The translations under genes were made by a program, and so were the position numbers. A stretch of DNA of 64,000 nucleotides from Bugula neritina (Eukaryota; Animalia; Bryozoa), in assembly GCA_964035545.1 (NCBI GenBank), contig OZ037766.1, forward strand, positions 16,420,722-16,484,721, read 5' to 3'. Shown here one piece after another: positions 43,197 through 56,189 of the stretch. Within the stretch, counting starts at the first letter, position 1, and every line of letters begins with the position of its first letter. Under the pieces are notes generated by a model. The model did not search any database. It was given only the letters and a program-made list of their open reading frames with translations, and was not told the origin of the DNA.

Positions 43197-46100
43197 ATGA
43201 TCAGAGTCAGCGGTATGAAAAAGATTTTTATAAGGAGTAATCAAGTTATAAAGCAAACAAAAAGGACAGAAAAAAGGCTTCGTCTAGATAAGCTGCCTTT
43301 TTATTTGTCAAAAATCAAAATTTAACTTCATAAAACAACATTTTTCTTAAAACAATCACTGGCAATACTGGTAATACTATTAAAATATTGGGAATTTCTT
43401 AGTTACTAAAACAATTGACAATTTCCTAGTATTTTATATAAAAAATAATACTTATTATAATGCATAATATAATCTCAAAGCACAAACAGCTGTTATTTAT
43501 TGAACAGTTTTAAATTAGTAAGTGTATTTAATAGAAAATAATATAGATTATTAGGCAGTTATGCTAAAAGTGATTTCTTTTGTAGCATTGGTGGACAACA
43601 AAAGTTTGGCCATTCAAATTAAAATATTTATTATGCTGTTTATTATTCTTCGTACATTTGCTGCAGAGAAAGATGATTTGCTCTTGTATAGCCTGGAAAG
43701 TTGTTATCATATCTTGCGTTGTGTTGCAACTAACTGCAGTGAATGGAACACTCTCTAAAAGTGATAAAAAAGCTAAGAAAGCTAAACTAAAAGTGAGTCA
43801 GATTAGTTTATGAAGTATACTTACTAACTTTTTAAATTCTTAGTTACTTAAATGAAGCCAAATGGTAGTGATAGGCTTTATGATTGCACAGCTAAAATAT
43901 TTACTAACAAGTATATTTAATTTTGATTAATATTAGAAAAAATTGTAATACAGTGCTCCCTCTATATCTCACAAATCCATTTCTCATGAAATTCCATAGG
44001 TCACAAGAAGGACTTGGCCCCCTGCTTTGTAGCTTTTGTATGTGTGCATAGGGGAAAGACGGTCAAATTTAACAGAACTGTGAGTTATTCTGGTATTCTT
44101 CTATGTCAGGAATTGAGGTTTCGGGACCTGCAGCTTAATGAGATACGGAGGGAGCATTGCATTTAGTTTTGATGCTATTATATTAATGTTGAGATAAATT
44201 TATGTAAAACGTTGATAAATACATTTTATATTATGTCTCAGGATAATTCAAATGTAAAGAATGTTTTTGAGAGAGGTTTAGTTGAAGCACAAACTCAATC
44301 AGCAGATATACTCAAAGAACATTCTAGATACTGTGAAGCTGAAAGAGATCAAACAGTTTTCAAAGGGAAAGTGTTAGCCTATGTAACTCCTGTAAGTGCA
44401 TATCTGTATATATATGTGTGTGTGCGCATGTGTTCAAGTCTTTGACTTTTGAAAGTGTATCTATGTGCATTAACCTTGATAATGTAAAAATATGAGATGA
44501 AATCTTTTCTAAGAGGCTTTTAATTTTGTGAATCTTTAAAATTTTTAAATTATTTATTATTTTATTTTTAAATTTATTTTAGTGGAATTCAAAAGGATAC
44601 GACATTGCAAAAATATTTTCCAAGAAGTTTGATTTGGTGTCACCAGTTTGGCTGCAGGTTGTGTCAAGGCCAAACAATGAGTTTGAAATTCTAGGAGGCC
44701 ACGACATTGATAGTGGTTGGGCAATAGAAGTTATGCAAGGGAGAGATAATCTAATGGGTATAAATTAGTTTCTTTAAACATAATATCTACCAGTTACTTC
44801 ATTTTTATCTTTTAATTTTTATCTCAGGAGATAAAAAACAATTTATACTCATGTAATAGCTCATTTCTGTTAAAAAATATTGAATTGATGTCTTTGGCTA
44901 ACCTTCACCAAGTCATCTAGGTTTACCATGTTGTAAAAAGTTGTTTAAAAAGACCGCAATTTTCAAAATAATATAAATTATTTTAAAAACTTTCATAAGC
45001 ATTTTATGAAATTCAATATGTTTGTACTGAGCAGAGCTAGTTCATTGTTTGCTTGTTTCTATGGCAACTTTTAGTGCCTCGAGTTTTGTTTGACAAATGG
45101 TCCTTGGAGGATTATGAGAATCTGTTTAGCAGAGAGGAGTTTATGGCTAAATGTGCAAAAGTTATCACGTCATTTATAAAGGTTTGTAAATTATTTCAAT
45201 TTTGAGTCACTGTTTAAATTTCTTCAATGGAATTTTGTGTAAGTGGTTCAAAACAGATTCACCTGCGGAAATAAGATTTTTTAAGAAATACATCTTTTGT
45301 TGACTATTTATTTTACTTTCTACATTATAGAAACACAATTTTGCTGGAATTACATTGGAGTTATGGAATCAAATGCCTACATCAATGCAGATGGATGCCA
45401 CTCACTTTATAATTGACCTCTCAGAAATGCTGCACAAGGCTGAGAAGTCGCTCACCCTTATAATTCCTCCTTTAGCTGTACAGCCTTCTTCCAGGTTTGT
45501 TCACATGTTTACATTTACGAGTATCAACAAGTAACAGTATTTGAACAAACAATATTTTAACAGATATTTTTGTGTAAAAGTATTTGTCTGGAACTTATTT
45601 TTGCTTTTCTGTGGTTGAATGCTGAACAATGATGTCATACGCAAATTTGCAAATTGCCACACGTATGTTAAGCCACAAAATGTAAATGTTAGATTGTATA
45701 TTTTTAGGATTCCACAGTTTACAAAGGAAAACTTTGAAGAATTAAAAAGTTCTGTTGATTACTTTAATATAATGACTTATGATTATCATATGCAGTCGTA
45801 AGTATTGACCTTTGAATACCTTGTATCTGGATCTAATCTCACAGTGTGTATAGCTTTAAAAACTTATTATAATATCTTCTTGTATGTAATGTGCAATGTT
45901 AGTAGTTGTTTTCTCTTTTTAGCATAACTACCCAACAAACACATCACTAATAACTAAATAACTAAAATTAGGAAATTGACCAATATAGATTGACATTAGT
46001 ACTAGATTTCGGTTTAATTTTTGGATGCATGGATGAAAATGCTCTTTTTATTCACGTAACAATTTTACATAACTTATTGCAGTCTTAAAAAATTATACAC

Positions 46101-48199
46101 ACCATAATTACTGTGTTAATTTGTAACATTTTTAGCAAGGTTTAAAACAATTGCATTAACTTATAATGGTTGAATGGTGTTTTAGTGAAAAATATTTAAA
46201 CCAAATCAAATAATTATCTATATTGGAGTAGTATTAATGGCTGTTCTAATTTGTTGTCAGCATAATGATGATTATTTAATATTATTTATTGACTCTTATA
46301 TGTAGATAAATATAAACTATCAATGTTTTCTTTTGCTTAAACTGCGTATTGCTGCAACTTTTTATCAAGTCCGTTACACATGTATATACAGTTATTTAAA
46401 TGAGCTTGTTTTAAAGACTTGTGAATGACTTGAAACATTACTTGGTTTGACTAGTGATTGGTATACTCACTTTGACTTGACTCACTTCTACACTTGATTT
46501 TGATATTTACATGTTTGTATAATATTTGAAGTATTGAGAGTTTTGCGCCTGGAGAACACTGGCAACTCTTTTTCATATAAAAATTTGTTTTCAACGGCAG
46601 TTTAATACATAATTTATATTCTGCTATACCACTTAATAATTAATTATCATTGTGTTTCATAGGGATATTACACATTTTACTTTAAATCACATCTATTGTT
46701 ACTGATACACGATTAGAATGTATCATTTCAAGGAATGTAGCAGGACCAATATCTCCTATAAAGTGGGTAGAGCAAAGTGTTACTGCTATTTGCCCTGAAG
46801 ATCATGAAATAGACCGGGCTAAAATTTTACTTGGCCTCAACTTTTATGGAATTAGGTTTGGAGAGTTCTCAGGAGCCCAACCAATTCTAGGACATGAGTA
46901 AGTACTAGTTCTAAAAAATTCAATAATATAGCTCTGGTTTTGAATATTTTGACTCTTAGTGTAAAATAATTGCCCCCACTGGGAATCGAACTCGAGTCCT
47001 CTGGCTTGCAAGCAAGTGTGCTACCATTACACCACTGGGTAAACTCAACACTACACTTGGGTTTGGTATTGTTGTTACATTCAACCTTACACATTTCTCT
47101 TCACAAAAAACAATTACTGAAATCAATATTGAAGTCTTTCTATCAATTGCTCATAGGGGCCAGTATGCTCTCTGTACAAATCTCCTTTTTCATGGTGTAG
47201 GATAATGAAAACATTATGCACAATTTTAAAATGTAAAAATATTGTAATAAGTTTAATCAATTTGCAATTAAATGTAACATAGCATTTAGTGTTGCCTGTA
47301 CAACTAACTGTTCAGAGAGATGCTCTTGCTTTTATTGGCAGCAACTGCAAGATGCGTCATCAATACAGTTCTTCTTGAAATAGTATGATTTTAGTGGACG
47401 ATTTCCTGCTATTTTACTTGTAGCTTTGTGGACATATTGAAATCTAGTTCACCAGCAGTAAAATGGCAACGTAACGAAGAAGAACATTTATATTTATACA
47501 AAAAGTAAGCATCAATAAAACTATTGTTCAACTACATTTATTCATATAGTTCACTCATATAATTAATCTGGAGTCAATTTCAAATAAATAAACAGATGAT
47601 GTAGTTATCACTGCCGTAAGTTTTAGATTTGACTTCAATAAAGTTTTGCTTAGCCTAGGGCCACACTGAGCGTATTTTCGCATGCGAAAATTGAAACCAC
47701 AAGTAGCAAAGGTGTCGACTGTAGCGTCAGTGATGCGTGATAAATAAAGCTTTCATTTTTAAATCGCACTCGCTTTCAATAAAACGCAATTTACTGGAAT
47801 TTAGCACTAAAATGATGAAAGTGGGCTCGCTGAATAACTACCAGCCAATTAGGTGACGACGACAGACGATTCGCACTTGCGTTGAGAATGCTGAGCCACA
47901 AGTGCGAATGTTTTCTCAACGCGTACAGTGGACACCTTTGCTACTCGTGTTTTCAATTTTCGCATGCGAAAATACGCACAGTGTGGCCCTAGGCTTAGCC
48001 TGTAATAAATTTTTATACAGTTAAAATTTAATAAAATCTGTTATATATTTGTAGCAGCAAAAATGGTGAAAATCTGTATCTATTTTATCCTTCACTGCTG
48101 TCTATCAAAAAAAGGATTGACTTAGCTAAGCGGCTTGGTACAGGCATTGGAATATGGGAAATAGGACAAGGTCTTGACTACTTCTATGATTTATTATAG
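43197..48199 (+). CDS. CHID1: Chitinase domain-containing protein 1 (non-catalytic GH18), about 397 aa; exons 43197-43212, 43692-43792, 44242-44391, 44583-44757, 45075-45181, 45331-45494, 45708-45797, 46733-46897, 47424-47504, 48055-48199
   Basis: Signal peptide plus [41 protein letters not shown] and the diagnostic end [15 protein letters not shown]; the DxxDxDxE motif is absent (FAGITLE). The first micro-exon is the least certain. Confidence 0.93.
43951..44159. mobile_element. Tc1/mariner-pogo (Tigger-like) MITE in a CHID1 intron
   Basis: 20-bp imperfect TIRs CAGTGCTCCCTCTATATCTC / GAGATACGGAGGGAGCATTG (3 mismatches); TA on the left and CA (decayed TA) on the right. Confidence 0.75.
46972..47043 (-). 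mobile_element. tRNA-derived SINE head or tRNA pseudogene (tRNA-Ala(TGC)-like) in a CHID1 intron
   Basis: Minus strand CCAGTGGTGTAATGGTAGCACACTTGCTTGCAAGCCAGAGGACTCGAGTTCGATTCCCAGTGGGGG: clear A and B boxes, poorly paired acceptor and anticodon stems; related copy at 10653-10723. Confidence 0.7.
47653..47994. mobile_element. PIF/Harbinger-type (Tourist-like) MITE, 342 bp, in the last CHID1 intron
   Basis: 71-bp TIRs starting GCCTAGGGCCACACT (4 mismatches), TTA TSD (47650-47652, 47995-47997); each TIR contains the palindrome ATTTTCGCATGCGAAAAT. Confidence 0.92.
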
Positions 48200-48442
48200 A
48201 AACATAGTTGACTGGCATGAATATTACATAATTATATTTTCATAGAATTGTAGGCCTCGAGAAAGACAGGCACTCAGTTATGTATCACACTTTGCTGAGA
48301 CATTTTATGAATGTGTACATAAATTATCAAAAAATACAATCATAAAAAATGTTTGATGAAATGGCTTTTGAAAAACCAACTAAAAATGAGCACCTCATAA
48401 GCATAGTTGAAATGTAGTATGTGAATTCAGCTTATTAGAGTT

Positions 48443-51400
48443 TTACAGACTCTTCATAATGGCATCAATGTCCAGTTTAAAATTTTTCCATTCTTTACAT
48501 GGCACAATTAATGGTGACTCCAGCCCAAGAAAAGCACCAGGTTTTCTTGTGTCTACAAAAAATTAGTTACAGTTCACAGTACAAGGAATAAAATAAAACT
48601 TCCCTGAATTAAGAGAGCAACTACACCATTACCTTAAGTTGATCATAAAACACGGAGTTATAATTTAGCTCAAGATCAATTGTAAAATATTGAAATGTGT
48701 TAATTGTCTCCACCTGCTTAAATTTTCCTGTATTGAAAAATATAGGTTTTTGCTTAATCTGTTTAGCATTAAGATATGGGATACAGAACAAAGAATTTTG
48801 ATATATAGAACTAATGTGTCCAATGCATACATCCTGCAATATTAAATAATACTTTTTGTACATTTTCATTTTCCTGTAATGTAGAATACAAATTTAAAAC
48901 AGGGTACATAAATTTAATAGCGAAATTTTCCATAAAAAAATGGAAAACAAAAAATATTTAAAAGCATATTGAATCTAGTGTTGACTAAAAAGGACTAATA
49001 AATACAAGAAATCAGTTTACTTGCCTTGTTCACCAATATTCAGTGATAGCTTTCTCTGCTCTATTTCTTTGTAGCCAGCCGATACTTGGTCTTTTTGCTA
49101 AAAAAAATGCTCATTAGTAAAAATTCTGCAAGTGCTGATTTTGATATAAAAACAGCAATAGACTTCTTCTATAGCAGAATGTTTATAACAGAATTTAATT
49201 CTTGAAGCTCCTCTATTGCACACTTCAATTTCTCAGTAACCAAATCAAACCAACACTCAAGAAAAATCAATTAGGAATTGCATACTTTCAAGTAATGATA
49301 TGTAGAAACTTACTAGAAGTCTTATTTGAGCAGGAGATTGAGATTTCCTTTGTGTTTTCGGGCCAGCCCTTCTCGCATGTCTTCGGGCCTTCGGAGAAAC
49401 GTGTGGAGGGGACGGACTGACACAGCTCAAGATTTCTTCAAGTATATAATAGTTCTATAAGCAAAAACAGATGAAGCTGAAACATGCAGGCTTTTACTTG
49501 TCCCCTATATTACATATTAAAATCAATTGAACCACTTTAACAATTATTTGCTGCTAGTTAACTACACGCCAACACCTTCTAAGGTTCAAAGTTCAGCACA
49601 TTTATAATAATATATATATTTGACCCATGGAAAGATTGGATTGCTAAAGTTATTGCTAAATTGGTACTAGCTATTGTATGAGGTACTGAGGTTATTAGTC
49701 GGTAGCTCAACTATAAGCATTATATACAATATGCATGCGTAATACAGAACTAAATTAGTGATAAATTAATTGTATTAAAATATATAGCTGCATTTAAAGG
49801 CCTAGAAAAAATAATTTTTTTACAGCTTTTATACACAAATATTTTCTTTTAGTTTTCCGTCGTCATTTATTAATTTGTAAACTTCACATTTTAAAAATTT
49901 TATTACCCCTCTCCCACCCCCCTGAATTGTGTAAATTTTCCCCAGTTGAAGTTGGGCTGTTTGCTTTCAAAAATGCTTGTAATGCATATTTTAACTCAAT
50001 AACTTAAGTAGAACTTGATAAGCTAAAAAACATTAGCCTCACTAAGCTACTTATGTGAAAGTTTAGAATGGGAGACAGGGAGGGAGGGAGGGAGGGAGGG
50101 AAGGAGAGAGAGAGGCAGGGAGGGAGAGAGAGAGAGCTCCTTGCATGTAAAATTATACTTTATTTATCATGGAAATTATGAACAATGATATGATACATTT
50201 ATCAAAGCTTATAGAAAAAAAATATATTTGCCAACAAACTTTCAATTTACATCGTAAAAACATTGTAAACAAAGTTTTCCCAAACAATCTCAAATAAAGT
50301 GCTTGTGACCGATAATGTAAATGCTGATAAACTTATGCAAACAACTTAAGAAAATGTTATATGACCATTGAACAATATTATTAACAGAACCTTCCAGAAT
50401 AACAAATTCATCACACCGACCTTGATACTGATTTAAGGACTTGAGAGCGAAATCTTTCTGAGCTTGAGTCCTAACTTTCTCAGGTACTGCATGTGGGTTG
50501 TAAGGATTCTCAGCAATCCATCTCTGCAGCTGTCTGAACACAATTTAATAAAGTTGAACTACACTGGTGCATCAACTAAACTGCAGTGCCTTATTGTGAA
50601 GAAAAGTTTATAAATTATGACTTATTAGATATAGAGCTTTTAGCTCTTACGTTTTTATCTAAAGATAGACATTTCTATGACAACATATAAAACTTAAAAT
50701 TGACAGTAAAACTACAGTGCCTTATTGTAAAGAAAAGTTTATAAATCGTGTATAAAATATAACACTTAATTTAGATATACAGCTTTTAGCTATTAAGTTT
50801 CCATCTAAAGATAGAAGATATCAAACTGATAGTAATAAATCCAAACTATACTCAAATATATAAATTTGAAAAGCTCCATATATCAATTAGTAATAGCAAT
50901 GTACATATATTCTAACAGTAAACCTAAAGAAATTAGCCAGAATTTCAAGTACTTTTATTTCTTAGTTTATGGGTTTTTATTCTTAAGTTTGTGAAAATAG
51001 ATTTAAAATAGTTGATGAAAATATTTCCTTACTTCATAAAAGGAATAATCATAAAAAAGGAGTTGGGTGACAGGCCTTGCAAAGCATCTTTATGACGGTA
51101 GTCCTTCTTATGTTTAGGTAAAAGCTCCACTGGAAACCACTGCATAGCTTTAATTTCATTTCTAGACTGCGACTGGAAGAAAGTATCTAATGACACACCT
51201 ATCAAATAACAAAAAATCACTCTGACTATAGTCAGTAACATAGTGAGCTCAAAGAAGGATTAAGGCATGTACCAACTTACACAGTAACTAGTAGAAAGCT
51301 GTGAAACTGCTGCAAAATCTAAGACTATGATTAGCACTTTAATTAATCAATTTTGATTAAGTTGAATGTATAATTTTGTTTAAAGATTGATCAATGCATA

Positions 51401-53280
51401 CTGTTATTAACAATCAGTTGTTTTACCTACATTTTGTAACAACTTCAGCATAAATTTATGCTAGCATTCCTTCATAGAATTAAACGCCTTTTACGCCATA
51501 CTATGTCGTAGGGCTTGAAATGCCACCTTTAAAATGCAAGCAATTACATAACCTAAAATTTAACTATATATTATACTAGTTATAAACATTGTTATACCCA
51601 CGCAAGTTTATAGTCACCATCAATGTGAGAAACTCCTGATGAAAATGATTTTTTGTTAAATCAGGCTAAGGACTTATTCAGATGGGGCACAAGAGCAATT
51701 ATGACTGGATGCTCTTCCTAATATCACCAATGGTGTTTACAGAGGTTCAAACCCATGACTTCATGTTTACTAAGCCAAACGCTCCAACCCCTAGACCACA
51801 GCTGCTCCCTATGAACATTGCTATACATGAGGGGCTAAAAGTTCTGTCAGTTACCTGGCACAATGTAAAGCCTGCAATACTGATCCCCTACTGTGTGCTC
51901 TAGATAGTGATTAGGATTGATTCTGTCAGATACATCGTGTCCAGTCTCTTCGAAAAGCTATGTGCACAAAAACATAAGCATGAAGTAAAGTGATCAACAG
52001 TTTGGAGTAGCTATTGAAAATGGTAGACTCAACAATACAGTGTGCACCATATGCAAACAGAGTTCTAAACATAACCAAATATATAGCATTTTTTTAGTAT
52101 AGTTCTTAGCAAAGCTCGTATTAAATTAATTATGAAAATTCTAAATACAACCTCTCGCTGGGCACACCGTATCGGCTCTTCCTTTTCATTTATTTTGCCT
52201 TTTGGAAATCCCCAAGATTTGGAAAACCCTTGAACAAGGAGCACATATTGTAAAGTGGGATCCAGTAAAATCACACCGTAAGTAGGAACGCTAAGCTTAT
52301 AAGCTTTCCAGTCCCGCAACATCTGTTCACAGTCGTCGGGGCCAGGGTGAAGAAATGGACAATGTTTAAATAGTTTACTATATGTTAAGGCCAAGTAAAT
52401 ACGCTGTATATACTAAATAATAAATAAAAAAATATTCAATTGTGTGTAAAATGCATTCAGGAAAAGGAAAAGTTCTAAAATAAAAAAATTAAAAATTGCA
52501 TGTGAAAGTCTGCTGCACAGATGTGAGTACTACCTCAAGCCTTATTCAAAATGCTGTCCACATCTAAAGCATAATTTAGAAATAAATGACTCCATAACCA
52601 TTAATGTTATATGTATGCAACTTAGATCATAATTAATCTTTCAACCGAAACATATGAAATAATTGTCAAACTAGATTAAATTTCATAAATTGAAATGTGA
52701 TCTATTTTACTACAGTAGTATTTTAGGGTACATCGTATTCTTCACACAAGAAGGATAACAAAGATGAATATTGACACTACTATACTACTATCAATAAACA
52801 TTAAGATTGCATAAATTTGGTTCACTTGAAAATTCTTATTCTATTGCCAAAAAGGATATTTTGTGTAGCAAACTCTTTTATTCCCACAGATGCCAACCCT
52901 TTATTTTCAGGAACTATGAAGTCTATATAAAACCAGTGGGCACTTTCAATCTGGAAGAAGAGTCTTATAGAGCTCTTCTTGTATTCATCAGGAATGTTCA
53001 GAATAAACCGGCTAAAACATAACGTTTTAGATCAAATAAACAAGTGTAAATATCATGTATGCAAAGCAACACTAAGCCATTACTTTAATAAAAACTAACT
53101 GTATGCTAAAACATTAATTACTAATAAAATATATAATAAATACATTACATAAAATGTTGGAATATCTACTACGTAATAAAATCCAAAGCAACACATTCAA
53201 CCTGATCACAACTTTCATGATATTACCAACCTGCATAAATCATCTAAAAAATGTGGGGGTATCCTAAAACTGCGATCCAT
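48443..53280 (-). CDS. DCP2: mRNA-decapping enzyme DCP2; exons 53280-53231, 53011-52860, 52372-52152, 51957-51855, 51198-51033, 50533-about 50420/50476 (donor uncertain), 49454-49314, 49097-49025, 48552-48443
   Basis: Box A ([14 protein letters not shown]...[13 protein letters not shown]), [12 protein letters not shown], Nudix box ([27 protein letters not shown]), FFMIIPFMK, and C-terminal [15 protein letters not shown] resembling the vertebrate Phe-rich tail. Confidence 0.93.
50070..50136. repeat. Polypurine (GGGA)n/(GA)n tract in a DCP2 intron
   Basis: gggagacagggagggagggagggagggagggaaggagagagagaggcagggagggagagagagagag. Confidence 0.9.
50578..50816. repeat. Diverged tandem duplication of about 130 bp in a DCP2 intron
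   Basis: CAGTGCC(C)TTATTGT.AAGAAAAGTTTATAAAT...TTAGATATA.AGCTTTT...ATCTAAAGATAGA occurs at about 50584 and again at about 50715. Confidence 0.8.
51672..51809 (-). mobile_element. tRNA-derived SINE of a second family, in a DCP2 intron
   Basis: Minus strand: A-box-like TGGTCTAGGGG, B-box-like GGTTTGAACC, then a non-tRNA body (AGGAAGAGCATCCAGTCATAATTGCTC). Confidence 0.6.
52373..52859 (-). other. U12-type (minor spliceosome) AT-AC intron of DCP2
   Basis: Donor ATATCCTTT starting at 52859, branch site CCTTAAC at 52390-52384, terminal AC at 52374-52373; removal restores ...EFATQIFKHCPFL. Confidence 0.95.
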
Positions 53281-56189
53281 TATCTAATACCACCCAAACA
53301 ACCTGGCATTTGATAACTGCTTTAGTACGGTATGAACGCTATTTTACCTGGCCAATTCTACAAAATAAATTAGTTTTGAAATTTTCCATTAAACATATTT
53401 AAGAACCATAACTTTATTAGGCTACTTAAAAGCACTGATTTCACTAGCATAAGTAGAAGATGCACCAACAGAACTTTTTATGCAACACAAGTTTATGTGA
53501 AGTATAACCTGACTGTGGTGAAAAGACGCTGAGTAGGAGCCAGTTATTGCTAGCTAATAATATTAGTTTAAATCAACCAAAAAAATCGTCAAGTAAATGG
53601 CAACTTGCATATTTAGAGAATTTTTAAGGTTTGTACTTTAAAATTGTGATAATCAACAAAGTGATAAAGCCCTTAAGTGCCACAAAAGTTTATAAGTTGA
53701 AAAAACAGTAATTGAATTGAAAGTGTTTAATACCACATTCTTGTTAGTAGCAATGTTATCGACTGATTTGTCATTAAAATTTTTATACAACATATGTAAC
53801 CAAAGGAACTAAACATATTTTCTATTATTATCCGCATTTCAATGACAAATGTAAAGTCTGCCTTTCCTCAGTTTTCATTAGCCTTAAAAACCTTGGCACA
53901 AAAGGAATATGTCTCATGGCAGTTTAACCTTCAATAAAATCTTTTGGTTCACAATAACATTTAGTATAAGACAAAGTAAAAGAATATTGCTATTATAACG
54001 ATAATCAGTAACTAGATTTAGTTATAAGTTACAAAAGCAACATAAATCTTAAATTTGATTTTAGTTTCAACTAACATCAATGATCAATGCAGCAACATAA
54101 GCATGACCATTAAAGACTGGAAATCAATGTCTTAAAGACTTGCTGTTCAAAATGATAACTGTGAAACTAAAATCAACAGTAAATTTACAAAGTAAAAGTC
54201 AAGTGCAACAGTAATTGAATTAGTCAAAATGTAATCAGTAATACTAATATAATAATATATAACTGCTCAACTAACTTAAGGTTGCAGTTAAAAGTACCAG
54301 TCTAAATATCAAATTTAAATTTTACAATCAATACATAATTATTAAATATAAATAGTTAATATTAACACTAAATACAATAACGATCAATACTGGTATTATT
54401 ACTTTTGAAAGTATTACTCTAAGTATTAGTATGACTACTCCGTATTAGATTAAGATTTACTTTTAGTTTTAGTATTACTATTATGATTATCACTAATTAT
54501 CCATTAAACATTTTGTCATAGCTTTCCTGATGTACTCATATTAATATTCACAATTCATAGACCATTGCGGTTGGTTTATTAAATTATAATACCTATTTAA
54601 TTCTGTAAATATAATTTTAATTCACTTTTAGTCTTAATCTTTTTCAACTTATTATTTTAATTTAATGTTATAATATTATAATTGTTAAGTACTACTATTA
54701 CCATAACAGTATAACTGTGAGTATAAGTTTTAAAGTTTTACACATACTCATAGTGATAGTCATACTCATACTGATACTGTATAAGTATAATTTCAAAAAT
54801 AGGTGTAAATATAGGTTTAAAATAATAATGGATTGATAACTTTTACTATCTCAATTTCAAGTATATTAAATAAATATAATTATACTATAATTTTAATTAT
54901 AATAGTTTATAATTATAAATTATTACTATTAAATTTACTATTAGTATTAGCAATATTAAGAATATCAATATTATTATTATACTTATAGTTGTTCTTAATA
55001 CTATTATTTATTAAGAGTTATTAAAAATCTATAAATTAAAATATTACAGTTTAATTTCATATTTATAACTTTCAACTTTAGTTTTTAAGTAGAGTTTAAC
55101 CTAAGTTACTCTTAGTCCTTAAGGCTTAACTTTATTTGTTCAACTTTATCATAATCGCTATTAGTATTACTATAAGTATTACTGTTAGTTTTACTACTAG
55201 TAGTACAATAACGGATAGCCATAAGTATAACAATAACTATGCCTATAGGCTATAAGTATAAGTATAAGTATAACATTAAGTGATTAACTTAAAGTTAATA
55301 ACTATAATAACTTACGACTATAAGTATAATTCATTAATTGTAAGTATAGTAATACTAATAGTAATAGTATAACTATAACTTATTAACTATAAGTTATACT
55401 GCATAAGTATAAGTGAATGCTCATAAATAGTGAAAACTAAATAGTAAATATCAATAACTAGGTATAGCTATAACAAATAAACAATTAAATTTATTCTTAT
55501 TCTTATTGAATTAGACTGATAGACACCAAGTTCAAGTTTAACTGATCAACTTCAAGCTTTTTCTTCGAGTTAATGTTATACTTAGTCATAATCTTATACT
55601 TATACTTATAGTTATAGTTATACAAAATCTTATAGTTATAGTTATACCTACATGTCAAACTTAATGTTTAGAGCATAGCAATACTAATAGTTTTGGGCAG
55701 AGTCTAAATCGACGCCTTTTTTCCATATAGGTTATACTCGTATAATCATGGCAAATTTAATGCTCTGTGGCTTCAAAGACAAATGTCTTTATTTAAAATT
55801 AGGTTTAGCTAGAAGTAATTCAAAAATTTATAATTATTACCGGAAATGAATAAGTGTGAGGGTAATATTGTATTTATTATTGTTGAACTCGGAAAAGTTT
55901 TTTAAAGCAAATGCAAAATTACATTTATAAATAAAATCTTTTGTAAAACTTAGTTAGTAAAAAATACAAAATCTTTCAAAAAGGATGCAACAAACTTCTT
56001 TTTCATAAAACCGATTCAACTTTTTGATTGCACCTAATAGATAATCATAACAAAAGCGAAGTCTTTGTTGGAGTTGTCAGCTTTGTCTTGTTTTGGTATA
56101 TCCATATACTGTTGACATTTTATATGGACATCAAATTTTTTGCCACTAATGAGAAAACACATTGGCATTAACATTGTGCTGCTTCAAGC

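Noticed and set aside
46972-47043. Functional tRNA-Ala gene (also 10653-10723)
   Set aside because: Acceptor and anticodon stems do not pair properly and the two copies are diverged; better read as SINE heads or pseudogenes.
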